Shown: positions 8,270-18,800 of the stretch, in pieces
Numbering within the stretch: the stretch's first letter is position 1
How the letters are laid out: the number at the start of each line of letters is the position of its first letter
Origin: a virus
Lineage: Duplodnaviria; Caudoviricetes
Length of the DNA: 41,214 nt
IMG/VR virus record: IMGVR_UViG_3300049012_000004
Span: 1 to 41,214 of that record
Strand: one strand, 5' to 3'
Program-made: the position numbers and the translations under genes
The notes under the pieces: generated by a model
The model's input: only the letters and a program-made list of their open reading frames with translations
Told to the model about the DNA's origin: nothing
Database searches by the model: none

Positions 8270-9286
8270 ATGGCTAAACCCTTCAAGCCCGGATTCTTCT
8301 CGAATCTAAACGGTGTCAAGGACAACAACGATAGACCCCCTCTTGTAGGAGGGTCTGGCGGGGGCACCAATACATTCACCAGTCTCGGTACAGGGCAGGG
8401 ACAAGTCTTCAAGCAGGTGCTTGTCAATGACGTTCAGTTCCGTACCTTGAGGGCTGGCTCAGGAGTAACCATCACACAGGATGCCAACGAGGTAACTATT
8501 AGTGCGTCTGGTGGTGGGAGCGGTACACCAAAGAACATCAAGTGGTTAGAGTTTGATGACCTTGTTGGTTGGGACAACGCTGGAACATCAAACAGATTTT
8601 TCATCGGAGCGGTCTCAGGAACGGGGGCGGCTGCAACAAACACGAACAACCACACGTTCAATTTACGGGGGCTTACAGGTCACGTACAGTTAGAAACAGG
8701 CACTACGTCAGGGGGCTTTGGACAACTTCGTTCAAACGATGATGCCACCCAAAACACCTTCAGCCCCGGTGGTAAGGTGTATGGCGCTGCCAGATTCTAT
8801 ATCGAACAACTACCCTCAATTGATGCTGAATTGGGCCTGATTTTGTACGGTGAAGCTGCTACAGGCACAGTGGCTGGTACAGCGGTTATCCGCCTTGCTG
8901 GTAGACTACAGGGGATAAACAACTGGCAAATAACCATAGCGACAACCTCGACAGGGGACCCCCCGCAGGTTATCGACACGGGAATTCTTTTTGACAATTC
9001 GACAGCTATTCAGGAAATAGAACTTTCTTTTGATGATGTCACCCAGACAGTAACCGCTGTTGTAAACGGTACTACAGTTTCCTATGCGAGTACTTACAGC
9101 GCATCCCAGATTCAAGGACTCCCAAACAGTAACTTAGCAACACACCTTCCCTACAGGTTCTCTCTAGCGGCAGACGGTAATACGAACTCCACTGAGGCCC
9201 GTGTGGTAGTTGATTACGTTGCCTTTGGGATGGACCTTTCAGGCGCAACAGGGACAGGTACTCGCCGCCCATTCACTTTATTCTAG
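8270..9286 (+). CDS. Putative head/tail fibre or decoration protein
   Basis: GAGG RBS; Gly linkers; SLGTGQGQVFKQ...QFRTLRAGSGVTIT fibre-like motif; Thr/Gly-rich beta-sandwich-like C-terminus. Confidence 0.6.
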   Translation: MAKPFKPGFFSNLNGVKDNNDRPPLVGGSGGGTNTFTSLGTGQGQVFKQVLVNDVQFRTLRAGSGVTITQDANEVTISASGGGSGTPKNIKWLEFDDLVGWDNAGTSNRFFIGAVSGTGAAATNTNNHTFNLRGLTGHVQLETGTTSGGFGQLRSNDDATQNTFSPGGKVYGAARFYIEQLPSIDAELGLILYGEAATGTVAGTAVIRLAGRLQGINNWQITIATTSTGDPPQVIDTGILFDNSTAIQEIELSFDDVTQTVTAVVNGTTVSYASTYSASQIQGLPNSNLATHLPYRFSLAADGNTNSTEARVVVDYVAFGMDLSGATGTGTRRPFTLF

Positions 9287-9294
9287 GAGGAACC

Positions 9295-9909
9295 ATGAGT
9301 TCTTTACCAACAACTGTTCCTTTGACGGAACTTGAAGTAGTAAACAAGATGCTGTTCTCTATCGGGGAATCCCCGGTGAACACTCTTGATGGTTCCGTGC
9401 TGGAAGCAGTGCAGGCCCTGAATGTTCTCCGCAACATTAACCTTGAGGTTCAGTCCCATGGGTGGCACTTCAACACTGAAGAGCGTTTCCCACTCCAACC
9501 GAACACCGACAAGGAAATCCCTATTGGTGTGAACATCCTGTCCGTGGATGCCTCCAAGTATGAAGACTGGGATGTGGTCCAACGAGGTCAGCGCCTGTAC
9601 AACAGACGAGACCGTACCTTTGAGTTTGACAAAGAGGTACTGTGTGACATCACCTTGGGTCTGCCCTACGACCAACTCCCCCAGTATGCCCGGTGGTATA
9701 TCTGCGTGAAAGCCACTCGTCAATTCTGCGAGGGTTTCCTTGGTGGTGAACTACAAGCTGCCTTCACACAACGTGATGAGCAGGACGCATGGCGCATGTT
9801 CCTGAAAGTAGAAGGCCGACAAGGTGACTACAACATGCTGACAGGCAGTAATGCGGTCAAGCGGGTTATCTCGCGCCGACCCTACAACAACCGTATCGTG
9901 AGGTTCTAA
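9295..9909 (+). CDS. Tail tubular protein A (T7 gp11-like)
   Basis: TELEVVNKMLFSIGESPVNTL, VQSHGWHFNTE, VQRGQRLYNR. Confidence 0.96.
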   Translation: MSSLPTTVPLTELEVVNKMLFSIGESPVNTLDGSVLEAVQALNVLRNINLEVQSHGWHFNTEERFPLQPNTDKEIPIGVNILSVDASKYEDWDVVQRGQRLYNRRDRTFEFDKEVLCDITLGLPYDQLPQYARWYICVKATRQFCEGFLGGELQAAFTQRDEQDAWRMFLKVEGRQGDYNMLTGSNAVKRVISRRPYNNRIVRF

Positions 9910-12680
9910 TGGCTTTCATTTCTTCTTCAATCCCCAACATGGTGAATGGGGTATCGCAACAGCCTCAAGTTCTGCGACTGCCCTCACAGGCAGATGAACA
10001 GGTAAACGGTTTCTCTTCCACGTCATCGGGATTGAGGAAGAGGGCCGAGACAAACTTCGTGGCCTCTCTATTCCCAGTGTCCCTGACGGATACCCGACAA
10101 GCGAAGATTCACTGGATTAACCGGGATGGTGACGAGAAGTATGTGGTCGTGTTCCAAGCGAACAACCTCCGTGTGTTCGACCTGAATGGTGTTGAGCAGA
10201 CGGTGAACTTTCCAGATGGGAAGGCATACATCACAGAGGCGTTTCCTCAAGATTCCATTCGGGCATTGACCATTGCTGACTTCACCTTCATCGTGAACGC
10301 AAACCGTGAGGTTCGTGAGTCAGTGGAGTTGTCCCCCAAGAGACCCTACGAGGCAATCGTGTCTGTCAAGGGTGGTAACTACGGGAAGAAGTACACGGTC
10401 AAGATTGACGGTATCGAACTCGCCAGCTTCACAACCCCTGATGGCACAGCCGGGTCCCATGCAGCACAGATTGGTACGGACTTTATCGCACAGCAGTTGT
10501 TCAACGACTTGGTTGCAACCCAGAACATCGCCAGCTTGGGGCCATTCCCTACAAGGGTCTACTACCGGACACCCGGTACGGACCGAGCCGCAGGCAACAG
10601 CAACTCATCGAACAGTTACTTCGTGTCCGCCATTCAGGTTCCTGTAGGTGTACGCTCAGAGACTCTGGCAGCTACCGTGGGCAACTACAGGTACACTGTC
10701 ACCGACAACCCGTTCATTGCCAGCTTCGGCTTCTTTAATGGTGACATCCTTCAGAGTTTCTTCTCGATACCATACGTTCAGGGTTCCCCGTTCGTTTCAC
10801 AGAATGGCGGGTTCGACCCGTTCAATCCCCCGGTCAACTTCAAGACTGTCTGGGTGGCCCATCCCGGTCTACCTACACCCCCAACACTTTCGCTGGTGGG
10901 TGTGAACTCAACCAATGATGGTTCAGGTAACGTGACATCACAGGCCCGTGAGTTGAAACTGTTTGGTTCGACCATCTACATTTCTCAGGACAACGACTTC
11001 ACAATCGAAGCTGCTGATGACTTCAACAACAATGCGATGCAAGCCTACAAGGGTGAGATTCAGAACTTTGAAGAACTACCAGCCAATGGTGGTGCTGAGG
11101 GTTTCACAATCAAAGTTGTTGGTGACTCAGTTACTGAAGATGATGACTTCTACCTGACATGGGTACCGTTCAAGAGTTCTGTCAACACAGGTGTGTGGCG
11201 GGAAACTGTAGAACCAAACTCCGTGATTGGTCTTGATGAATCCACCATGCCCCACATTCTAGTGAGGGAGGCAGACGGTACATTCACATTCAAGCGTGCT
11301 GATTATGGTCAGCGTGTGACAGGGAACGCAGAGAGCAACCCTGCCCCTTCCTTTGTGGGCAAGAAGATTGCCAACCTGTTCTTCTTCAAGAACCGCCTCG
11401 GTTACGTTGCGAACGAACAGGTAGTAATGAGTGAGGCAAGTGAGTTCTTCAACTTCTATCGGAGTACTGTTCGGCAGCTTTTGGATAGCGACCCTATCGA
11501 CATCGCCGTGGCACACAGCCGGGTGAGTGACATCAAGTGGGCTGTACCACTGTCCCGCAGATTACTGTTGTTGTCTTCACAGACCCAGTTCGCAATTGAT
11601 GGTAACGACTTGTTGACCCCAAAGACAGCCAACGCCAAGGTACTGACCGAGTTCGATTGCTCAACAAAGTGCCAGCCAAAGATTCTGGGGCGCAACTTGT
11701 ACTTCCCGTATGAGGCCAGTGGGTTCACCAAGGTTCGAGAGTTCTACATTGATGCTGACGAGGTGGCTGATGCTGCCGATGTAACAGCGCACGTGGACCG
11801 CTACGTTCCCCCTAACGTACACACAATCGCGGAGGCTTCAAACGAAGACTTCATGGCACTGTTGACCAACGACAGGCCAAACGAAATGTACGTGTACAAG
11901 TTCTACCTTCAGGGCACCGAGAAGCTACAATCTTCATGGTCAGTCTGGGAGTTCAAACCTCAGGAGAAACTTCTGGGTGCAAACTTCTACTCGTCAGAGT
12001 TGTACATTGTGACCCAGCGGGATAACCGTATGGTCCTCGAAAAGATGGACTTGAGGGAAGAGTCGGTAAGCCCAAATGAACCGTACCGTGTGTTGCTGGA
12101 CTCCAAGTTCACGACAAACGCGGGGGTCTTCCAATCACCCATTACGTTGTTCACGGCTCCCTATCCAGTCAACGGCCTTCAAGAGTACTTCGGTGTGGTT
12201 GCAGAAGGTGAAGAAGATGCGGGACTGATTGTTCGCCTACATGTGACAGGTACCAATACCCTGTTTGCAGAGGGTGACTACTCAGGTGTCAACATGTTGA
12301 TTGGTGTTCGCTACAAGTTCCGTTACAAATTCTCCACCATCTTCGCTCCAAAGCCAAGTAACGGTGCACGGCAGGCTGACCAGTTGGTCAAGCTCATGCT
12401 GAGAAACATGGTGGTAAACTTCAACGAGACGGGGTGGTTCAAAGCATTGGTTACCCCGGAAGCTCGGGACACTTACGAGTACATATTCTCAGGTAAGACA
12501 CTTGGAGTTTCAAGCAACATCATCGGGCAGGTGAACCTTGTCGATGGTTCCTTCAAGTTCCCCATTGGGACAAAGAACTTGAATACGGACATTGTGTTGG
12601 AGAACGACACCCCCTTACCTTCAGTATTCACAAGTGCCGATTGGGAGGCAACCTATGTTAAACGGACTCGTGGTGCGTAA
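9909..12680 (+). CDS. Tail tubular protein B / nozzle (T7 gp12-like) with internal insertion
   Basis: SIPNMVNGVSQQP, HWINRD, MPHILVR, PSFVG..I..LFFFKNRLG, DSDPID, LQSSWS.W. Confidence 0.96.
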   Translation: MAFISSSIPNMVNGVSQQPQVLRLPSQADEQVNGFSSTSSGLRKRAETNFVASLFPVSLTDTRQAKIHWINRDGDEKYVVVFQANNLRVFDLNGVEQTVNFPDGKAYITEAFPQDSIRALTIADFTFIVNANREVRESVELSPKRPYEAIVSVKGGNYGKKYTVKIDGIELASFTTPDGTAGSHAAQIGTDFIAQQLFNDLVATQNIASLGPFPTRVYYRTPGTDRAAGNSNSSNSYFVSAIQVPVGVRSETLAATVGNYRYTVTDNPFIASFGFFNGDILQSFFSIPYVQGSPFVSQNGGFDPFNPPVNFKTVWVAHPGLPTPPTLSLVGVNSTNDGSGNVTSQARELKLFGSTIYISQDNDFTIEAADDFNNNAMQAYKGEIQNFEELPANGGAEGFTIKVVGDSVTEDDDFYLTWVPFKSSVNTGVWRETVEPNSVIGLDESTMPHILVREADGTFTFKRADYGQRVTGNAESNPAPSFVGKKIANLFFFKNRLGYVANEQVVMSEASEFFNFYRSTVRQLLDSDPIDIAVAHSRVSDIKWAVPLSRRLLLLSSQTQFAIDGNDLLTPKTANAKVLTEFDCSTKCQPKILGRNLYFPYEASGFTKVREFYIDADEVADAADVTAHVDRYVPPNVHTIAEASNEDFMALLTNDRPNEMYVYKFYLQGTEKLQSSWSVWEFKPQEKLLGANFYSSELYIVTQRDNRMVLEKMDLREESVSPNEPYRVLLDSKFTTNAGVFQSPITLFTAPYPVNGLQEYFGVVAEGEEDAGLIVRLHVTGTNTLFAEGDYSGVNMLIGVRYKFRYKFSTIFAPKPSNGARQADQLVKLMLRNMVVNFNETGWFKALVTPEARDTYEYIFSGKTLGVSSNIIGQVNLVDGSFKFPIGTKNLNTDIVLENDTPLPSVFTSADWEATYVKRTRGA

Positions 12681-13113
12681 AAGCACATACGGGGACATCC
12701 ATGATTTGGTAGCGGTGATTCGTCCTGAGGATGCAGCGGAAGTTGCTGCCGCCTCCGGGCGTTCCCCTACCGAAGCTCTTATGGATGGCCTTTTGGAATC
12801 ACAAGAATGTTGGACCGCAAGGAACCAACGACAAGACATCCTTGCCATGGGCGGGGTGGTTTGGAACAGCGAACACTCAGTTGGTATCCCATGGATGCTC
12901 TGCTCGGTGACTGCTGAAAAGCACAAGCTGTCCCTCGTCAAACTCATGCGCCACCTGAACGCTCGGTGGGTCAAACATTATGAGCGTCTGTTCAACACTG
13001 CGTGGGTACACAACCCGATGCACGTTGCTATTATCAAAGCACTTGGTTACCAAACCCTACAGGATGGTGACTGGGTAAAGTTCTATATGGAGGCACCATG
13101 TGTGACCCAGTAG
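12655..13113 (+). CDS. Internal virion protein A (gp13-like, GNAT-like fold)
   Basis: GGGAGG RBS before ATG 12655; IRPED.AEV.A, AMGGV, GIPWML, LFN...N...IKALGY; synteny. Confidence 0.85.
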   Translation: MLNGLVVRKSTYGDIHDLVAVIRPEDAAEVAAASGRSPTEALMDGLLESQECWTARNQRQDILAMGGVVWNSEHSVGIPWMLCSVTAEKHKLSLVKLMRHLNARWVKHYERLFNTAWVHNPMHVAIIKALGYQTLQDGDWVKFYMEAPCVTQ

Positions 13114-13607
13114 TTGGAACTGCACTTGCTATAGGCTCGACTCTGGCCCAGTTCCAAGCACAACGACAACAAGCCAAAGCACAGACAGAGTTCAATAACA
13201 ACCAGTACAAGGCCGCTGTCCAGAACAGGAATGAGAACCTTGCGTTTAGCAACGCCGAGGCGGAGCAGGAACGACAGGGGGCGGCAGACCGACTGGATGC
13301 AATCGAGCAGGAACGTCAAGCACGAATGGCAACAGCGCGGGTATCCGCAGGTGAAGCCGGGGTGAGCGGTCTTTCAGTCAACGCATTGTTGTCCGAGTTG
13401 AGTGGTGATGCAGGTGATGCTTCCACCGCCACAATTACGAACTACTTGCGGGGACAGCAGGGTATCCGCCTGCAACAAAGTAATATCAACAATCAAGCGT
13501 CAAGCACAATCAACAACCTTCAGTCTGTAGCACGTCCCGACCTCATTGGTACTGCCCTGAAGATTGGTTCTGCTGTTGACGGTTACTACAATCCAAAGGT
13601 GAAATAA
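13098..13607 (+). CDS. Internal virion protein B (gp14-like)
   Basis: MCDP start, Gln/Ala-rich helix, AGEAGVSGLSV. Confidence 0.9.
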   Translation: MCDPVVGTALAIGSTLAQFQAQRQQAKAQTEFNNNQYKAAVQNRNENLAFSNAEAEQERQGAADRLDAIEQERQARMATARVSAGEAGVSGLSVNALLSELSGDAGDASTATITNYLRGQQGIRLQQSNINNQASSTINNLQSVARPDLIGTALKIGSAVDGYYNPKVK

Positions 13608-15802
13608 TGGCACGAGTACAAGTTGGGGGCGTGAGCGCACCCGAAGCACTACGCACCACATTGAGTCCCAGTTTGCAGATGGTTCAGCAACGGCAGGACC
13701 GCACAGCAGGTACTCAAGCGGCCCAACTTGCCGAGGCCCTTGGTGTGGGAGCAACGTTCGCCCAGCAGAAAGCTGTTGAGTCAGCCGATGCTGAGGCCCG
13801 TAAGGTTCTCAATTCGATGACCATTGATGAACTTGGTAAGAAGCTGAAGTCTGGCGAACTGGCACCAAACCAGTCCCCGCTCTTCATGGCAACCCTTAAC
13901 GGTATGTATGGGGAAAACCTACGGTCCAAGCTGGAACGAGACACCATCGAGAAGATGGAAACAGGTGAGCTACAGTTCAACACCCCTGAAGACCTCGACA
14001 AGTACATCACTGAGGCCCGAGGTACGTACCTGACTGAGGTAGACCCGAACGCTGTCAAGGGGTTTGACTCCAAGTTTAACCAGATGAGGCAGGGTCTTCT
14101 GGACGCTCAAGGTAAGATTACCGCCAGCGCAACCGTGGATAGGATGTCCAGCGAAGCGACTCAGTTCATGTTGAATGACGTGGATGAGTTCCGCAAAGAG
14201 AACCCTGACGCATCCCCCGGTCAGATTGCCCAGCACTTGATGAACCTCGACAAGAACCTTCGAGACATGGCACCGCTGCCACCGAAGATTCAGAAGGGTG
14301 TACTCAAGGGTGTGTTCAACGACTTGGCTGCACGTGGTGAGTTCGAGCTACTGAACGAAGCCTTGAAGATTAAACAGCCGAGTGGTCAGACAGGGGCAAC
14401 CCTGATTGGTATGGACACCGCGCGTCAGCTTCTGTCAATTGCGGAGAACACCAACGACAAGAACCAACGAATCCAGTTGGACACAGACGTTGAACCATAC
14501 TACCTGCAAGCCATGGAAGGTGAACTGGACCGTAAAGGTTTGGATGCCCTGAAGAAATCCAAGGAGAGGTATTTCACGACTGAGCGGTACGCGAGTATCC
14601 TCAGGATGAATGAGGTGGCTATTGACCAACGCCGCCGTTCTATTGCAGACTTTGAGCGGCAACGACAAGAAGCTCAGGGTGATTACTTTGCCCAGACCGC
14701 AGCCATGGACGCAATCCGTGCGGCCCAATCGGGTCAGCCAGTCCTTCTTAACAATGACAAGGTAACCGTGGGTTCCAAAACGATTGACTTGCAGAAAGTC
14801 CGTGAGGAAATGGTAAACACCACACTGGGTCAACGCCTGAGTGCGGGTGAGGTGAGTGTCGGACAGGCGACTGCTGAGTTGTCAATCCTTGACCAAGACT
14901 TCAAACCTTGGAAATCCTCCTTGTCACAAACTGCCAGTGCTATTGATTCCTTCAAGTTCACCCGTGGTGAGCAGGGGGGCCAGATGCCTGAGCAAATCAA
15001 GCAGGGTATCGAGTTGTATCGTCAGGTACGGGCACAGTCCCCAACATACGCTGACCGTATTGCTGGACCCAACAAGGATTTGTTCGAGGCGATTGACTTC
15101 GGTATCAGCCAGTTCGGTCTTACCACGGAAGCCGCTGCCCAAGCTGCTGCCACTATGAAGCAGTACGACCAGTTGGACCCGCTAACCCGTAAGGAACGGG
15201 ATGCAGTTGCAGGGGCTGTCCGCTCTGAGGTTCTACAACCAAACTGGTTCATGGACTTCTTCACAGATGGTGCCAAGTATTCCCCCGCATTGAGTGCCCG
15301 AATCAACAAGCTGATTGACTTCTCGGTACAGGGTCTTGGTGCCACCGCTGCTGACACTTCAGAAAACCTGAAGACAATGTTATCGGCCAATACTGTGAAG
15401 GTAGGCAGCTACGCTTACCTCAACACTGACATGCCCCAGTTCAGTGGTATCAACCCGTACACTGGGACACCTATTGACCCCTCAGCACGTCCACGGTATT
15501 TGGAACGTATGCACGATTCTTTGCTGACTGCTGTTAAGCAATCACTAGCAAGCGATGAGGACATCGAACCAGACCGTATGGAAATGCGTAAGGTGGGCGC
15601 GAACATTCAAGTGTTCTACCGGGGATTCCCGGCAACGCGACCTGATGGTAGACCCTTGGTGTACCCAATCAGCCTTCTCGAAAAGGACATCCTAAAGAGG
15701 GAGGCTGATGACACCACTAAGTTTGTGGGTAATGTTGGTGGTAGAGCCACACTAGAAGAAGCAGAACGAGTACGTAACCAAGTACGAAACCGACTAAACT
15801 AA
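13607..15802 (+). CDS. Internal virion protein C (gp15-like)
   Basis: 731-aa helical protein, QLAEALG N-terminal motif, lies between gp14 and gp16. Confidence 0.85.
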   Translation: MARVQVGGVSAPEALRTTLSPSLQMVQQRQDRTAGTQAAQLAEALGVGATFAQQKAVESADAEARKVLNSMTIDELGKKLKSGELAPNQSPLFMATLNGMYGENLRSKLERDTIEKMETGELQFNTPEDLDKYITEARGTYLTEVDPNAVKGFDSKFNQMRQGLLDAQGKITASATVDRMSSEATQFMLNDVDEFRKENPDASPGQIAQHLMNLDKNLRDMAPLPPKIQKGVLKGVFNDLAARGEFELLNEALKIKQPSGQTGATLIGMDTARQLLSIAENTNDKNQRIQLDTDVEPYYLQAMEGELDRKGLDALKKSKERYFTTERYASILRMNEVAIDQRRRSIADFERQRQEAQGDYFAQTAAMDAIRAAQSGQPVLLNNDKVTVGSKTIDLQKVREEMVNTTLGQRLSAGEVSVGQATAELSILDQDFKPWKSSLSQTASAIDSFKFTRGEQGGQMPEQIKQGIELYRQVRAQSPTYADRIAGPNKDLFEAIDFGISQFGLTTEAAAQAAATMKQYDQLDPLTRKERDAVAGAVRSEVLQPNWFMDFFTDGAKYSPALSARINKLIDFSVQGLGATAADTSENLKTMLSANTVKVGSYAYLNTDMPQFSGINPYTGTPIDPSARPRYLERMHDSLLTAVKQSLASDEDIEPDRMEMRKVGANIQVFYRGFPATRPDGRPLVYPISLLEKDILKREADDTTKFVGNVGGRATLEEAERVRNQVRNRLN

Positions 15803-15803
15803 A

Positions 15804-15827
15804 GGCGGCACCCTGAGGGGTGTTGCC
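15804..15827 (+). other. Intergenic hairpin before gp16
   Basis: GGCGGCACCC-TGAG-GGGTGTTGCC. Confidence 0.6.
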
Positions 15828-15842
15828 CTCATGAGGTGAACT

Positions 15843-18800
15843 ATGCAAATGAGTAAACAACAAATCCGTGAAGTTATCACTGCTGCGGCAGAGGAACACG
15901 GAGTAAACCCAGAAGTCCTCTACAAGATGGCCGCTGTGGAATCGAACTTCAAGGCCGATGCTGTGTCCCCTAAAGGTGCACAAGGCTGGTTCCAGTTCAT
16001 GCCTGCCACCGCCAAGTCTTATGGTGTGGATGACCCCACGGATTTGACTCAAGCTGCCAAAGGTGCTGCCAAGTACATGGCCGACAACCTGAAGAAGTAC
16101 AACGGTGACTACGAGTTGGCCCTTGTGGATTACAATGGTGGACCACGGGCTGTCAAAGCGTATTCAAAAGGTAACGGCTTTGCGGAGTCCATCGGCTACA
16201 CCCAAAAGATTCTGGGTGATGAGACCGTAAGGGGGTCCCTTAGAGGCCGAGCGCCTGTGGTTGAAGTGCCAAGTGCTGGTGCAACCCGGTCCATCACTGG
16301 TGGAAACGTGTACGGTACCGACAGCCCAACACGTAACGCCGACCCTTTTAGTATTACCCGTGCTTCTAACATTGATGCTGCTGGTAAAACTTGGACGAAT
16401 CTACCTGAGAGACTTTCAGAAGCAGTCTCATTGGGTTTCAAAACGGAGAACTCTGCTTATGCCTTCCTTACTCGTACCCCTGAAGAAAGCGATATTGACC
16501 TTGACTTTGTGCTTACTGACGAAGTTGCCAAGCAATACGCCGCTGACATCCCTGAAGACAACCGTGAGTACGTTCTATCAGGCGGCTCGTTAAAGGCTAT
16601 TCAGGCACGCCGTGAGCGTTACCTAGCTGCTGACAAGGACCGTCAGGAACTGTACAAGCTGGGTGCTGGTCCGGCCCTTACAGGTACCCTTCTGGGTGCT
16701 GGCTTGGACATCCCAACACTGGTAGGCTTCATCCCTCTGTTTGGTCAGACTGCAACGGTTGCCCGTGGTTCCCGTTTGGTGAACGCTGGTATCAACGCTG
16801 TTGCTGCTGGCGCTGCTGGCGGTGTTGCTGAGGCGGTGGCTGGCGCTTACCGTCCCCTACAAACCCAAGAAGACATCATGTTCGCTGCCATTGCAAGTGG
16901 TGTGTTTGGTGGTATTGGAGGTGGTCTAGCAAAACTGTCCCCAGTTGTTGCCCCTGATGCCAACGACCTGACCGATGCTATTCGCAGGCAGGCCAACCGT
17001 GAACTGGGTGGTGAGGTTATTCCCCCGGCACCAAGCCGTGAGGTTATTGTACGTCCACGTGATGCTGCGATAGAAGGTGAGGTACTGCCCCCACTGGAAC
17101 CCACTGGTTTACCCGGACAACGTGCCCTTCCTTTTGACATGGTTGAAGGTGAAGGTCGGTTTGTTGATGACGCTGCTGATGGAATCGAAGGTCCCCGTGG
17201 TCTCCCAGCCCCGGCCCGTGACACTGAACCAGCAGGTATGACCGGCCCACTCGGTATCAAGGAACCCCGCAAGGAGGTACCTGAGGAAGCCGTGGAGCCA
17301 ACCGTGGTACCGGAGAAGGGCGTACTACCACCGCCACCAAAGGAAGAGCCTGTGGCCCCAAAGAAGCCCAAGGCGGACCCATGGAAGCCTGAGTGGAACA
17401 CCCCCAAGTTCACTACAGGTATGAACGCACGGCTGACATCCATTGGAAACAAGCGCACGCTTCGACTTCCTGAGTTGGACAAGGTGGGTGACTTGGTTGA
17501 GTACATCATGAAGTTTTCCCAGAACGATGCCATGAAGGAAATCCTGAAGAAAATCGGGAAGGTAACAAACCTCAAAGGTATCCGTGCAGAAATCATGGGA
17601 GGCGGTTTTAGTGCTGCTGGCGCTGTAACATGGCGGGGGGCCAATGCGACATCCAAACAATGGGAACGTATCCTGAAGTTGAAGCGTGGTGAAGCAGGTT
17701 TCAACGAAGAGACTCTGACCCATGAGTTGATTCACTACGTTACTGGATGGCATATCTGGGCAGCGATGGCAAAACGTGGTGTACAATCCTCAAACATTGG
17801 ATTCATGGTTGACCTGCCGGAAGACTTGTTGAAGACTCTGGACCCTAAGAAGGTTCAAGTGGGTGAGGAATTGATTGACCTTTGGCTTGAAGCCCGTAAG
17901 CAACTGGCAGGTACATCCACCAGTGCAGACTTCAAGTATGGTCTCTCAGACCCGCATGAGTTCATGACCATGGGTATGACCAACCGGGAGTTCCAAGAAG
18001 CGTTGAAGTCGATGAAGTTCGGTACCTCAAAGAAGACCGTGTGGAACGCCTTTGTGGAAAAGCTGAGTAACCTTCTGGGTATCAGCAAGGGCCAGTCCAA
18101 TGCCTTCAAGGAACTGGTAAGTATCTTCGAGCGTATCGCTGACGACAGTGCTGAAGTTGCAAAGTTTGAGAAGCGTAGTGGTCGAGGTAAGTCGAAGGGT
18201 GTGGATTCAGCACAGCCCATGCCTGAGGTGGAACTGTTCGCAAAGAACAACCCTGAGGTAGGTGACTCCGTGTTCGGATTTGGTATGGGAATGGAAGACA
18301 GGCTGATGAACAAGAACATCCCCAAGTCTGTACGTGTTCTTGCAGGTAAACTGTTCGGTACCACCAAAGGTTACAAGGACAAGGCAATCGCCGTGGGTGA
18401 GTCTGTCTGGGACTTGAAGTTGAAGTTGCAGAACGGCTGGCGCACCAAGGTGAACAAGGCTGGGTATGCTGGCTTCAACAAGTACAAGATGGACGGTGGT
18501 TACAAACTCCACGAAGAGTTCAAGGCCAAAGAGGACTTCCAAAAGGATATGTACCGTTTACTCCATGGCCGAGTGACTGAGGCTGATGTACACCCCGGTG
18601 TGGTAGAGGCTGTCAAAGAATGGCGTGCTACCATGCGTGACGTGGTGGACAATATCAACAACCCGGCCAAAGCAACTGGTGGGCAGAAGCGTGGTATGAC
18701 CCAGCGGGTAACCAAGGATGAGAACGGTAATGATGTGTTGAGTGACCCGCTTGACTACAACGACAACTACATCCCCCGTGTAATCGACATGCAGAAATGG

